Assembly: GCA_000092065.1 (NCBI GenBank)
Contig: CP000582.1
Length of the DNA: 64,000 nt
Origin: Ostreococcus lucimarinus
Lineage: Eukaryota
Strand: one strand, 5' to 3'
In this document: positions 30,801 through 41,663 of the stretch, in pieces
How positions within the stretch are numbered: the stretch's first letter is position 1
Layout of the letters: every line of letters begins with the position of its first letter
Notes under the pieces: model-generated
What the model saw: the letters and a program-made list of their open reading frames with translations, nothing else
What the model was told of the DNA's origin: nothing
Database searches by the model: none
Translations under genes and position numbers: made by a program

Positions 30801-31142
30801 TTCCCATCATTCGTGCGAGATTTAAGCGCACATCGCATCCGCGCGCCGTCGGTATCGACGCACAAAGTTTGTAATTCTAGACCCTGAGCAACTTGAAAAT
30901 TACCTCATCACCGTTTTCATTATTTTTGATAAAATTAACCTCAAAATTCAAAAATTTCGTCGGAACCTCGACGTCGCGATACTTAACGCGAGACAACGAA
31001 CAATGGCGCGTTGGAAAGCTCTAACGTTTTTACAAAATATATCCGCGAATCAGCGCGATCGGATTCCGCGTCGCGACGCTAGACGCGCGCAAACGCGAAA
31101 ATTAACGTTTTTCATATTTTTTTTCGAAATCACTTTGTACTG
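27891..31142 (+). mobile_element. pogo/Tigger-like (Tc1/mariner superfamily) DNA transposon, about 3.25 kb, with imperfect TIRs and flanking TA.
   Basis: Left end GTTGTACTAGGGATTTCGAAAATAATGTATGA (27891-). Reverse complement of the right end is CAGTACAAAGTGATTTCGAAAAAAAATATGAAA (-31142). They share the GTAC...GATTTCGAAAA..AT.TATGA core. TA dinucleotide immediately outside both ends (27889-27890 and 31143-31144). Contains the transposase ORF below. Confidence 0.6.
28108..30741 (+). CDS. pogo/Tigger-type DDE transposase (CENP-B/HTH N-terminal region plus DDE_1 endonuclease domain), 877 aa, apparently intact.
   Basis: HTH_Tnp_Tc5-like segment ILSMAKNFYRDEHHADPSDKTFGSAWFYRFLNRHGID. DDE_1 signature MVICDGCYAHTVDEV...ILPPHCTHILQGEDLYHFGVFK. 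Long uninterrupted ORF. Confidence 0.75.
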   Translation: MGQILSRMTPPRARRSASPTVSTARKGCKKASQRSSASLGGAGSTTAPACDDEDGRAQVAKDAREVAVSLLANKRRREVSGQVMAKVTATTLFLDTVSFKTELIKQHAFLNRVRKLLKDKDVKRDARALVTEECASTSDQSENTVHVTADVARTRREERSRNPHPFYVEVVHALSRGDISATQAVHELQQVGVRVTKAFLKRVCTAQSFRDDIPHYSECEDGRGRPSALSNAYLDQLAKIVKHYIRVGISLSQETILSMAKNFYRDEHHADPSDKTFGSAWFYRFLNRHGIDTSLYNPQDALRLNAATEHNVSNYYQRVAQTAVSNGFATWNADFDANDRSSEMIIWNEEKKSRVFTFDEAKVMLAYEKGVRGVRMLVIKGEDNRRSAVTANDAFAASVMGCRNLAGESLAPYFVCTTQPNVEDGFEIPGTITDTTTGACQQAQWIRGTKKGSFDGFAFATWLKDHLAPCVPDLSPENPAMVICDGCYAHTVDEVLEICAAMGILMVILPPHCTHILQGEDLYHFGVFKGAFRVERAEIEAMKQLAAAWFIKLFENGVATSFGQREFWYAVKEAWKGAWTKQAVEKGFKMQGLVPFNRAPLWKNFPNHERKEPQRSTPDKESQVEAAERCVERMSIPGAPGLRVIAQSSDSTFDVTFDGSPESFARAPLNMMKLDEVYKSLVENPSNHSMNDEHLNVMKQLILEKQENITKNIVTTTRKQRSTRRHDRYDEATAPAMARLLAARQKREKTKKRTHDAAQDGCDARFKDNTDDIQFLAALHKRLDDNGSLEKSLTRAELMKVMRAKRIPLPQGPTADILRDKLKEVDERLYEANIECTRVANARWPKRARHASSVDDANVRCEVKYHPSGVRVQLITD

Positions 31143-31227
31143 TACTCTTTTCGTACAGCTTAGATAACACCGTGCGTCTAAGGCTACACGTTCGAAGAAT
31201 CAGCCACACACAATTCTAAACTTCGTT

Positions 31228-33168
31228 TTAATCTCGACTTGGTCCTGCTTCGCACACCCTGTACTCCTCCACGAGATTCTCAACGGCTTCCTGACTATCA
31301 GCAAATTCTCCCAAGTCCTGATACCATTGTAACTCTCATCAACTAATCGAGGAAACGCGACTCACCGAAAATAAATCAAACTGTTCATACTGATCGAGGA
31401 ATGCCCGACGCCTTATTAGCTTATCGTACTGCTCCAAACTTCGTGAGAACCAGTGACGTATGCTGGTGTGAAAGGTGTCAGCAGGACGACGCAAAGAGCT
31501 GCATTATAGCTCACCTTGTGTGATTTGCGAGCATGAGTCCGTTCAGACTTGCCGTTTTCGCGATATACGGAGAACTCCTCGCTAAAGCAACTTGATAGTT
31601 GACAGGTGCCCAAGTGATAAAATTTGCCAGTTTCCGTTCTCGTATACGCTGTAAGCTTTTGTGTATCTGTTTTGATGTGAGTGTACAAGTGCGGAACACC
31701 TTGGAATATGAATACCTGCATGGGTTCAATATTTCCTTGAACGATGTTCAAAATGGATATGAATTTGCCCTAAAGTTGGCTTTAAGCAAAAGAAAGGCGG
31801 GAAGCACGGAAAGGGATGGACCTCTTTGACACCTGTGCCCGCATACGAGGAACACATCACATTTTTGCTTTGTAGGAGTCTTCGCATGACATCAAGGGTA
31901 GAAGTTTTGCGTGTACTGTACAATAAATACATGAGAACATATGAATATTGAAGTTGTGCCGCATGGACCTGCTTTCCGTTGCGGAAACACCAGCGAGAGG
32001 TGTAAGCCCAGCCATGAGAAAATTGCACCGTGGAATGGGAATCAGGGACTGTTTCAAACCAGTTTAGAAAAGGACATTAAAGTCCCACGAACTTACCGCT
32101 ATGAGACCAACAAGATCGTTGTTCATGTAACCAGGATATCTGAGAGTTGTGGTACTCGCTGCCATGACCTTCGATACGAGAGAGTTTGTATGGGAGAAAT
32201 CAGGCGAGGCAACATGGAGGTGGTCCATTGCGATTCGATTCAAAGCCGCGTTATCTAAAACAACTACACAATCCGCGTGGTTTGTTAGACGTTTCAGAGT
32301 CAAGAGAGAGTTATACGGCTGTACAACGACATCTTTACTACGACGTGAGCAGCAACAAAATAATAAAGCCTTCCGTGCTTACCACTTGACTCGCTTTGAT
32401 TTGGGAAAACACTGTACGTTTGCAGAAGTTTTTTCCCATACCGATCGCTCAAAGCCTAGTTATCATGTGAGAATGCATTCGCTACGCGATTCACGACAAC
32501 CCACCTCCAATAGATATGATCCCATACCAGACCCAGTCCCGCCAGCTATCGAGTGGCAAATAACAAAACCCGCAAGACTATCGCTACCGTCGACCTCTCG
32601 ATCGATCATTTCCATTAACTCCTCCTAATACACGTGAGTTTGCTTGCAGGATGGCAACATTTTCCAACTTACATGAACAGCCTCAGCTTGCGTGTACCCG
32701 TTTGCCCAATTATTTCCCGCACCCCCCCCGTGTGCAGATGTAAAAAAGTTTTCAGTATTGAATAGAGAACGCTGTGTTGAAGTTTGAATAGAGTTGATGA
32801 CACGCGGTTCAAGATCAAGTAACTATTCAAGTTTTAATGACGTCGGTATATCCCTCACATAGCATCCTTACCAGCGCTCTTGGTACATAATGTTCATCAT
32901 CTGCTTGGTAGAAGAAAACATCCTTCCGATCGGAGAACATATTTACAGAGGCCCCATCGATGCGACACGTGCCATCCATTGATATCCCATGCTCAGTGCA
33001 TAACTTGCAAGAAATTAGACACCACTTACACCAAAACTGAGCAAACGAACCTGGTTCCAAAACTCTGTGCCAACTTGGTTGCCACACTGACCTATCTGTA
33101 TCGTCACGATCTCTCTAAATGTGGTTTAAAAAGCTTGTGCGAATACTTGAGGCAGACTCACCGCGGCA
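31228..33168 (-). CDS. TUBG: Gamma-tubulin, multi-exon (at least 8 exons; span given).
   Basis: Exons translate to MPR|[21 protein letters not shown]|[11 protein letters not shown]...[19 protein letters not shown], ...[122 protein letters not shown], ...[37 protein letters not shown]...*. Start ATG at 33168-33166; stop TAA at 31228-31230. Confidence 0.85.
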
Positions 33169-33526
33169 TGATCTGCTGAAAGTAAAACTGTGCGGCACCG
33201 TGAGCGCCAAGCGCGAACGCGAGTGACCGTGCAGTCGAATTTTTAAACGGTTTTGTGTTTTTTTGACAGCTCTAACTACATTTTCCGCCATTGGTACAGT
33301 AATATCTACAATACGACCAGCAGAATTGTTGCGACCCGCGCAACTTGCGCGCGGACTTGCACAACAACGCAAGGACAGGAACTTTCGGAGGGCATATATG
33401 AGTTCGCCGTAAGCACTGGAAATACGCAAGTAGAAATCATCGTGAGCATCGTCTTCCAACTGTGAACTTCCATCCGTGATCAAACTTACGCTGTTTGAGT
33501 TTACTTCTCCTACCTCCAGTTAAAAA

Positions 33527-35276
33527 ATGACGCCGACCTTCGCATCTTTAGCTCTTCGTGGATGCTTTCTCTGGGCAAAGATGCAGGTCAACGATCGCGT
33601 AACATACTCCAGGCAGTGTTCAACAGTGCTGTGCACGAACCGTAAGGCTCAGCGCACGAATGTGTTGCCTGGTGGTTCCGGGAGACTTTCGCAGGTGCTG
33701 AGAGCCTCTCGCTTTGTTGAGTCGACGGCCGCTCATCGAAACTCTGGTTTCTCACAACATTCCGGATTCATCGACGATTTCAGAAAAATCCCCAACCTTT
33801 CGCGAAGTCTTTTTGGCTTCATGCGACCTCATACAATTTATGGAACACTGGTACTTTTGAGTTGTTTGGTCTTGTCAAACTTGATTGTTTCCGTAGATAA
33901 GCATAGTATCGATCAGTCTCATGGCCGCCTCAGTAGATTCATCGCCATACAACACTTTACTTTGGAAGCTCTGGCAGGTGCTTTTTACATCATTTTGCCT
34001 CCCAACACTGTATGTAAGTTTTCGTAGGTGATATTTTGTGCGTTGGCGATGAATGTCACTATTGTGGGGCTCAATCAAATATACGACAAGAAGATGGACA
34101 AGGTTCAAACGTGAAGTATTTTCATCGAAAAGACCTCACTATTATCATAGATCAATAAACCTTATTTGCCACTCGTGTCAGGCGGCTTTACAACAGACAC
34201 AGCACTAACAACCATCGCTGTATGCTGTTCGAGTTCTGTCATCTGCGGTAAGGTTTTGGATTTCCGAAATGAAGCTTGTAAATCTTCGTTTTAGGAACGT
34301 TGACACAATCTTTCCACCTTTTGACTACTCTTGTTTTGAGGTATTTGATCGATCCACCTCATGACACTGGCACATTTAACGCGTGAAATAGTTTGTTACT
34401 CGGAGTTATCTACTCTACAGACTTTAAGTTACTTCGCTGGAAGGTATACTCGTCGCTTGCAAAAATACGACAAAATCTGAGTTCGTTAGCGGATTCCTGC
34501 GCTTGCAATTGTGTGCATTCTCAGCGTGAGGGCTATCCTAGTGCAGTGGGGTTTCTTCGGGCACTTCATGTCGTGCGTGGAACAATTTTTGACGTCCTTT
34601 CCTGATAATCCCTGTTTAGGTCAAGTTATATTCCTTATTGGGCAATGCCAGAAAATTTGGCCTTTTCGATACTTTTTATGAGCGTTTACTCCGTAGTGAT
34701 TGCGTTGTTGAAGGTAATAGATCTACAACTATTCCTATCTTTCACTTACGTTAAATAGGATACCCCAGATTTGGTTGGTGATTCGCAATCTGGAATGCGA
34801 ACGCTGGCAGTGCGACTCGGCGTGAGTTTAATGTACAATTATCATCTCTTGTCTCAACGTTCAAAAGGTTAAACCAGTCTTGAGGCTGTGCTGTTTGCTC
34901 TTGTTTTTGGCTTATTCAAGGTATTGCACTTCAAATTGAACGAGTGTTATCAGCTTATTATCCCTTCAATGGACAGTGGGATTTTAGTCGGACTTAGCCG
35001 TTCAGATTCGTGTATTCAAATGATTGTGTTGGTGCGTCAATTAGTTTTCAAATGCATCCGTTCTTAAAGTGTTTGGCACCGAAGACCTTGGGGCATTCGC
35101 TTTCCCTTATTCTGATTTTCATCAAATATTCGAAAACGGAGCATGCGTCATCGAGTTCACTTTACTCATTTTACATGTTCATCTGGAAGGTAATTTTGAC
35201 ATGGTTCTTATGTATTGATGCTTCCCAATCCGTGTAGATGTTCTACTGTGAATACTTCATGCTACCCTTCCTTTGA
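33527..35276 (+). CDS. UbiA-family aromatic prenyltransferase (homogentisate phytyl/solanesyl-transferase type, VTE2/HST-like) with a plastid transit peptide; about 10 exons.
   Basis: Exon 1 contains ...MRPHTIYGTLVLLSCLVLSNLIV (UbiA N-terminal motif). Downstream exons: VIFCALAMNVTIVGLNQIYDKKMDK (about 34027-34107), INKPYLPLVSGGFTTDTALTTIAV (about 34110-34200), DTPDLVGDSQSGMRTLAVRLG (about 34763-34825), ...YSFYMFIWK, and final exon MFYCEYFMLPFL* ending at 35276. Confidence 0.75.
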
Positions 35277-35472
35277 CGTGACGCCACTGACTCGTGAAAG
35301 TTTGGCGGCTTCCGAAGGCAAGTTTAGGAGAGGTTATATTTATGCTCGATCGCTCAATTCACATAGAGGCAAAAGTAGTCCGAACAGAGATCAGGGACAA
35401 CGTGTTACATTTTGTAGACTAAACTATTGTCGATCCGTCCACAGTGTCAAAAGGTGCACGCGATGATTTCTC

Positions 35473-36267
35473 CTACTTTTCAGTGTTCAGACCGGCTATG
35501 CCTGCAGCGATACGCTCCTCTCGTCTCGCGATTTTACGAGTTCTAACAGACTTGTTTTTCGCTCTTCGTGCCTCAAACTGGTCGGCTAAGGACTTCTCTC
35601 TGGCCTTCTCTGCCTTGGCCTTGTGGATGGCTTCCATCAAGACCCGCTTGTTCTTGAACACATTCCCCTTACATTTGAGGTACATGGAGTGGTACATGTG
35701 CTTATCGATTTTCTTCGCATCTCTGTACTTTGACAATAGTCTGCGCAGCACTCGGTGGCGACGAAGCCAAAGTACTTTGGTGGGAAGTCTGGCCTCGCGA
35801 GTACCGCGTCTTTTACCGTAACCGGTGTGTCGGCCTAGTCGCTTGGCGGCCTGCTCTCTCTTTGTACGAGCGCGCGAGTGAATCTATAATGACAACATAT
35901 TTGTAGGTCAGTACAGGCGTTCTTAGCCAAAGGGACGCGGTCACGCAACGACTCGCACAACGTACCTTCGTAGGTTTTCGGATCACGAAACCATCTTTCA
36001 CGAGTTTACGGATGTTTTGTCGCGAGTTTGCAGCTGCGATCTCGTTGACCTAAGAAGCGCAAAATTAAATGGGTTAGAGTGTTTGCTCCCCAGGGCGTCG
36101 TAATGCGGGATGTATAGTACACGTGGACGTATACGTGATCGTGTACAGATCCTACAGATCGGGTTGGAGGCTGTTTCGCGCACCTCGTTAGGGTCCATCC
36201 AGATCTTGCGTGCACCGCAATTCAACACGGATGCGGCGAGGCGTTTTTGCAACTTTAATGAGACCAT
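35473..36267 (-). CDS. RPL19: 60S ribosomal protein L19e, 3 exons.
   Basis: Exon 1 (36188-36267) [28 protein letters not shown]. Exon 2 (35966-36051) [28 protein letters not shown]. Exon 3 (35473-35883) [27 protein letters not shown]...[41 protein letters not shown]...*. GT-AG introns of 136 and 82 nt. Confidence 0.9.
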
Positions 36268-36624
36268 GGTACAAGATTTTGCTTCGTAGCTTGATCGGCG
36301 AACGGCACGCTATGCCGAACTTTAGGGTTTGTCCGTGTCACAGCTGCGACGACGGTGCGACGGCTAGGCGCACTCCTCTGGACTACACTTTTTATGTCCG
36401 AAGTGTGGTATCATTTCTCGTGTCGATGAAAACATACTATATAGCTACTATAACCTATATAGCAACCAATGTGGTACCATACCGTAGTATGACATCATAT
36501 CATACAATATCAGTAAATCACCTAAAAATTACGGACGCACCGGTCGGTCCCCAAATGTCGCCGGGCTGTCGCAGACCCTGCTTGGGATGCAGAATAGCAT
36601 TCATTCGACGACAGTCGTCGGCGT
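36268..36624. promoter_or_regulatory. Putative bidirectional promoter between RPL19 (-) and the DEAD-box helicase (+).
   Basis: Head-to-head arrangement of start codons at 36267 and about 36625. Confidence 0.3.
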
Positions 36625-38010
36625 TTGTTTCTTCTTCACGAATATTTCGTCTCTTTTCGCACACGCGGCATGCGTGCTTTCGTGAGCGGCGAGAAGCTAA
36701 GGAAACGAAATGGGCACGACATGAACGGCGAATGTCCACGACAAATTACACCAGTTTCACCTCTTGATCATCGTCTTTACGCTACTCTTGCGCGTGGTCA
36801 GCTTCATTCTCTTTTACCGGTACAGAAGCAGACGCTATCGCGCGCTCTTGCGGGGAGCTTCGAGAGGGACTTGTGTGTCACAGCTCCTACCGGGAGCGGT
36901 AAAACTCTCTCCTATTTGCTACCTGTGTTACAGATACTTTCAAAGCGAGTATCGAAAGCCGAAACAGTGTGCCTGATTCTTGTACCGAGTGGCGATCTTT
37001 CCGCACAGGTATGCGTCGCCGCTAGTGAACTCTGCAAAGCATTGCACGTACAGATTTCTATTGTTGGGAAAAGTCGCAATACAACCAATTCAACTAAACT
37101 AGTGAACAAGCGATATCGACGGCTATTGGCTCAAAATAGACAGCGTATGTATCAGTGTTGTATCACGCGCCAGTTTGCGCGACATAATTCGCTGGATGTG
37201 CCTTCACAAATACTTGTAGCGTCTCCTGGAAGGTTTGCTGCACATCGGACGAGTATTCTCAAGAAATTGAAATTGTTAGTCATCGATGAGGCGGACAGAA
37301 TGCTTCAACAATCATATCAAAACTGGCTCGTTACGCTGGACTATGAAATGTGTGCGCGAACACGTCAGTGTCGGCGTCTCACTGTGGGTGAACGAAACTC
37401 TGAAAGACTGCAACTTATATTTTGTTCAGCAACATTGCAAAGTTCGTGTCTACAAAGGGTTGGAGCTTTCGCACTTGATCGAATCAATGCTTATGATAGT
37501 GTCTGTCCACTTTTGCCTATTACGCTGTCTGAGTATGCGATTGTTGCGGAACACACTGATAAGTTTGATGCTCTTGTCTCGCTACTTGAATTTTTCAAGG
37601 GTGAAAAAGTTATTGTCTTCTCTGCCTCGGTATATCGTGCTAGACATATACTACAGCGGTTGAATAAATTAGAAAATTTGCCCTGTTTCGAGTATAGCAG
37701 TGACGCAAACCTTCGAAGACGAGCATCTACGCTTCAAAACTTCCAGCGCTGCCAGGGAGGTGTCCTTGTTGCTTCAGATGCCGCTGCACGAGGTTTACAC
37801 ATCGATGCAGTATCGGCTGTGATATCTTTTGACGCTCCTGAGCATTTCGAGACGTATCTGCATCGAGCTGGAAGAACGGCGAGGGCAGGCAAAACGGGCA
37901 AATGTATCACGATTTGTTCGACAGCACGTGAAGCACAAACTTTCATAAAACGAGTTCAGCGCCATGTCCCAATACTCCTTTCAACAGAGCTTCAAGGCTC
38001 GACTATTTAG
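36625..38010 (+). CDS. DEAD-box ATP-dependent RNA helicase.
   Basis: Motifs Q/I TAPTGSGKTLSYLLP, Ia LVPSGDLSAQV, II VIDEADRML, III FCSAT, VI HRAGRTARAGKTG. Exact start Met uncertain (MRAFV or MNGECP). Confidence 0.8.
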   Translation: MFLLHEYFVSFRTRGMRAFVSGEKLRKRNGHDMNGECPRQITPVSPLDHRLYATLARGQLHSLLPVQKQTLSRALAGSFERDLCVTAPTGSGKTLSYLLPVLQILSKRVSKAETVCLILVPSGDLSAQVCVAASELCKALHVQISIVGKSRNTTNSTKLVNKRYRRLLAQNRQRMYQCCITRQFARHNSLDVPSQILVASPGRFAAHRTSILKKLKLLVIDEADRMLQQSYQNWLVTLDYEMCARTRQCRRLTVGERNSERLQLIFCSATLQSSCLQRVGAFALDRINAYDSVCPLLPITLSEYAIVAEHTDKFDALVSLLEFFKGEKVIVFSASVYRARHILQRLNKLENLPCFEYSSDANLRRRASTLQNFQRCQGGVLVASDAAARGLHIDAVSAVISFDAPEHFETYLHRAGRTARAGKTGKCITICSTAREAQTFIKRVQRHVPILLSTELQGSTI

Positions 38011-39175
38011 ATTTCTTAGTCGTACTACCGTCAGTACAAATTGTGAAATAGTTGCGTCTTTTATTGTTTTACTCGAAATTCATATTTCACGAAAAGCTTC
38101 CTAGACTTGTACTCCGTGGGCACGCATTGCAGCACCTGGCTATTTATCGTGACCATCGAGCCTCGTGCTCAGACTTCAACAAAGCCACATTTATCTTAAC
38201 CGTCGAGCCTCACGCTCAGATTCCATCAACGTCAATATGTCGCCTAGATCGATAGACTTAGAAACAAGTTATGAAGCTTGTATTTTTGTTCACGTACCTT
38301 CTCGCACCGGGCCCTTCACATTTCGCATAATCTGTCTATTTTGGTCGTCTAAGAATTTAACACGAACCTGTGTCACCTAACACGGAAATCAGATATAACG
38401 CTCGACGTATAAACTACTGTATTACCTGGCCACGAGAGCCCGTACGACCGATGACCTTCATCACGATTGCTCTACCGAAGAAGTAAGTTTAGGGTTTCTA
38501 GGAATCAAACAACCAAGCGGGCGCGTTGTACAGACACGACGCAAGTAATGCGTTAGAAATAGAACTCACTTTTTTATGACGTCCTGTTTGTATGATCAAA
38601 GTTGCTGATAGTCAGTATCTACGTTTCGTCACGCCGGAGCACGCCAGGTCGCGCACGTTTCCGGGAGGAAGATTTCGGTGGGTTTCAGCGTGCGGTCGTC
38701 GCTTCACGCGCGTCACGTACCATTTTGCGTGACGGTTCTGACCACAGATGGCTGTTTAAAAACGATGAAAGCGAAGCGCAAGCTGTCTCGAGACAGCAGC
38801 TTCGGTATGACGCAGGCAAGGCTGCAAGTAGCACGATCCCGCTGACGGCTTGTAATTTCTTACCTACGTTCGCATTTTTTAACCAAATCGAACTCATATA
38901 CGCATTTATATTATATTATATGGTCTACTAGTACTGTACATCTAAAAAGACTTCACGGACAGATGCCGACGGGCACAGTGCTGCGCAAGCTAAAGCTAGC
39001 CAACAGTCCGCTACGTTTCCAAGCAAAGACTACGTAAAATGCCTCGCACAAACGAGATTGGGAGTTAGCTACAATAGCTACAATGTTTGGGCGTGCACGC
39101 TAACAAATTGCTTTGAGCCAACTGTTCTAAACTTGAAAGAGTAGAAAAAAAGAGTAGAGACACGAACGAGCGAGG

Positions 39176-39814
39176 ATGAAACGGCCGCCCCTCAGCACGC
39201 TCTTGGTGAATGTCCTACACAAGACACACCCGTTATTGGCTCTTCTGGAAGTCGGGTACAGACTCGAGAACATTGATTGCGACTTCATTTACGAACACAC
39301 CAGTATTGTATACTGCACGCTTCGCCTCCACACACTCAATGCGGACCTATCAACGCAACGCCTGAAGAAAGCTTCAAGCGTTCTGGCGAATGTGGTTGTT
39401 CTATGTCTCGTCGACTCAGAGGACAGCTTTCAAGCGTTGATCTCGTTAAATAGAGTTTGTGCAGCATCGAATTGTGTTCTTGTTTGTGTGTACACTTTAA
39501 GGGAGGCAATCAGCTACATTCACGCGTTGTGTGCTGCAACAGCCAGGAAGGATACTAGTACTACAATGATCAGTGATGTGTGCTCCATTCTCTCTTCTAT
39601 TCGCGGCATAAATAAACTTGATGTTCATGCTTTGTGCCATAATTACTGTTCATTTTCTGATTTGTGCAAATCGAATGCGCGGAGCTTATCTGATTGCCCT
39701 GGTGTCGGCGCAACGAAAGCACAAATTTTGAGACAAGCTCTCCAGAAGCCCATTATGATCGATCATGATCCCTCACTCAACTCAAGTAGAGAAAAGCCAC
39801 GACTATGTACCTGA
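39176..39814 (+). CDS. ERCC1: ERCC1/RAD10-family DNA excision-repair protein (central nuclease-like domain plus C-terminal HhH).
   Basis: LLVNVLHKTHPLLALLEVGYRLENIDCDFIYEHTSIVYCTLRLH...VVLCLVDSEDSFQALISLNRVCAASNCVLVCVYTLREAISYI matches the ERCC1 central domain. LSDCPGVGATKAQILRQAL matches the ERCC1 HhH motif. Confidence 0.7.
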   Translation: MKRPPLSTLLVNVLHKTHPLLALLEVGYRLENIDCDFIYEHTSIVYCTLRLHTLNADLSTQRLKKASSVLANVVVLCLVDSEDSFQALISLNRVCAASNCVLVCVYTLREAISYIHALCAATARKDTSTTMISDVCSILSSIRGINKLDVHALCHNYCSFSDLCKSNARSLSDCPGVGATKAQILRQALQKPIMIDHDPSLNSSREKPRLCT

Positions 39815-41663
39815 CTCCAGATGTGATTGGCACGCCACCGTGCGTCAGATAACTTCTGAAAGCGACGAAATCTCCACACTTTGGTCGAACAATGAACTCA
39901 TGCTCCGGGAAAATCGTACCGCCACCTTTGTATTGTATAGGATCATTTAGAGAAAGAGTTATGGAGAAGTGACCTTGATCGGTGTGTACTGGTAGCTGAC
40001 ACTGTCCATCACTGGCATCGTATTTTACTATGAATGCATCGTGAACCCTAAGATTCGTGTCACCATCGACTCTGAAACGTTCTTGAATGAAGGGACCTAT
40101 GATTTGCCCGAAGATCAAATTCCACTCTCGCAAGACAGAGGGAATTTCGTGTATAGGCAAATCAGTTGTGGCTACAGATTTGTGACGATCTGTGTCCCAG
40201 CCTCCTCTATTTGTTGCATGAGCTTCGGCGGTTTTAATCCAGCTAGAACAAGCTGATGGTGATATTGCACTATTTGTTGTCAAATAAATTTCATCAATTG
40301 AAATAGTCTGAAAAGACACATAGTATTCGGGACATTTTCTACATAAATACGCTGCGTATGAAACATCTTTGTTGAATTGTTTCGATAGCCATAGATGAGC
40401 TTTGTCAACCTTAAAAGCGAGTTGCCAGATACTGTGGGCAAGTTTCCATTTGCCTTGACTAAGGAGCGTCACACCATACGCATGAAGCACATCTGTGTCG
40501 TGTGGATTGTGAAGAAGTGTGCAGTGAAATAAGAGCTCTGCCTCTGAGTATCGCCCCTCTTCCTGCGCTTGAAGAGCCAATTGCTTCATTTGTTCGGGCG
40601 AAACTCTACCAAAATCTTCTCGTTCCCACGAACAACGCGAGCAAACGCAAACTTTACCAAGCTGCCTCAACAGTGAGGCATCTCTGGCACTTACACTAGA
40701 ATGAAGAGGTATAGTTGTCAAAGAGATCGGCTCCATCTGATCAATTTCTCTGAGCGCTATATATCCATATTTCACCTGTGAAAGGGTTGAATTAGCTTCA
40801 ACTTGCACACTTGGATTGCAGCTGTGTTGGAATTTGGTCAGAATTGGTGCCAACAAAAAACCGCAGTAATCTGGCAATTTATTCATAATTGCACAATGGT
40901 ATGAAACTTTCGGATGAATATCAAACTTTGAGCCGTAATGAGCTAATGCAGGATGAGTATCACCATTTTGGGAAGGAGATTGGCGTGTCGGTGGAATTGT
41001 TGTCTTCTCTGTACCAATAGCTACAGCAAACCGCTGAATGGAAGCCACTATATCTGCGTACATCTCAAAGTCTAAAAGCTCGGCAAATCGTGTTTTTGTC
41101 TCTAGATCAAATCTATTATTCAAATGTGCTTTCAATAAGTCCCATGCATCTGCTATTTGATGTTCTAAAATACACGCTCGTCGCACAAACTCATAGAAGT
41201 CCGTACACTCCCAGTTGGCGCGTGCAGCAAGTTCGGACCACTTATGACGCGGATCGAATTGCTCCGACCAACTCAATTGTATTTTTGATACGCTCGTTTC
41301 ACACTCTGACATTGCTGATAAAAGTTGAGCAAGCACCTTAGCAGCAAAAGTGAAACTTTCGCTCGACCTTCGGCAATACTCGTAGAATTCCAACATTGGT
41401 TCACTTCTATTTGAGCATAAAATTGAATGCCAGCCTAATTCCCGCATCGCATGCGGTGCACAATCTCGTCTACAGAAGATATCTCCACAGTCACACCTAA
41501 TGAAACTTGCCTTATCATCGTCGCAGTTACCGAAAAGACGCAAACAGTTTCCGCAAGTTTGCCGCGAACTGTTTTTTTGTAGAAGGAGAAAATTCGTAGA
41601 CGAGTCAACTTTGTGAAAGTCACCTTTGCTCATCTTCCGATGATGTCTGCTGTCCATGTTCAT
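39777..41663 (-). CDS. Fusion protein: MYND zinc finger plus SET-domain (SMYD-like) lysine methyltransferase at the N-terminus, with a C-terminal 2OG-Fe(II) oxygenase (prolyl-4-hydroxylase-like) domain.
   Basis: N-terminal Cys cluster CGNCLRLFGNC...CDCGDIFCRRDC (MYND-like). SET motif KFQHSCNPSVQVE (NHSCxPN). C-terminal HTDQGHFSITLSLND...GGGTIFPEHE...YLTHGGVPITSGVRYIVVAF (HxD...H 2OG-FeII facial triad). 3' end overlaps ERCC1 3' end by 38 bp (39777-39814). Confidence 0.6.
   Translation of the reverse strand: MNMDSRHHRKMSKGDFHKVDSSTNFLLLQKNSSRQTCGNCLRLFGNCDDDKASFIRCDCGDIFCRRDCAPHAMRELGWHSILCSNRSEPMLEFYEYCRRSSESFTFAAKVLAQLLSAMSECETSVSKIQLSWSEQFDPRHKWSELAARANWECTDFYEFVRRACILEHQIADAWDLLKAHLNNRFDLETKTRFAELLDFEMYADIVASIQRFAVAIGTEKTTIPPTRQSPSQNGDTHPALAHYGSKFDIHPKVSYHCAIMNKLPDYCGFLLAPILTKFQHSCNPSVQVEANSTLSQVKYGYIALREIDQMEPISLTTIPLHSSVSARDASLLRQLGKVCVCSRCSWEREDFGRVSPEQMKQLALQAQEEGRYSEAELLFHCTLLHNPHDTDVLHAYGVTLLSQGKWKLAHSIWQLAFKVDKAHLWLSKQFNKDVSYAAYLCRKCPEYYVSFQTISIDEIYLTTNSAISPSACSSWIKTAEAHATNRGGWDTDRHKSVATTDLPIHEIPSVLREWNLIFGQIIGPFIQERFRVDGDTNLRVHDAFIVKYDASDGQCQLPVHTDQGHFSITLSLNDPIQYKGGGTIFPEHEFIVRPKCGDFVAFRSYLTHGGVPITSGVRYIVVAFLYLS

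Noticed and set aside
38011-39175. Small ORFs (38602..38931 +, 38685..38897 -) between the helicase and ERCC1.
   Set aside because: Overlapping opposite-strand ORFs without domain signatures. Treated as 3' UTR or intergenic.
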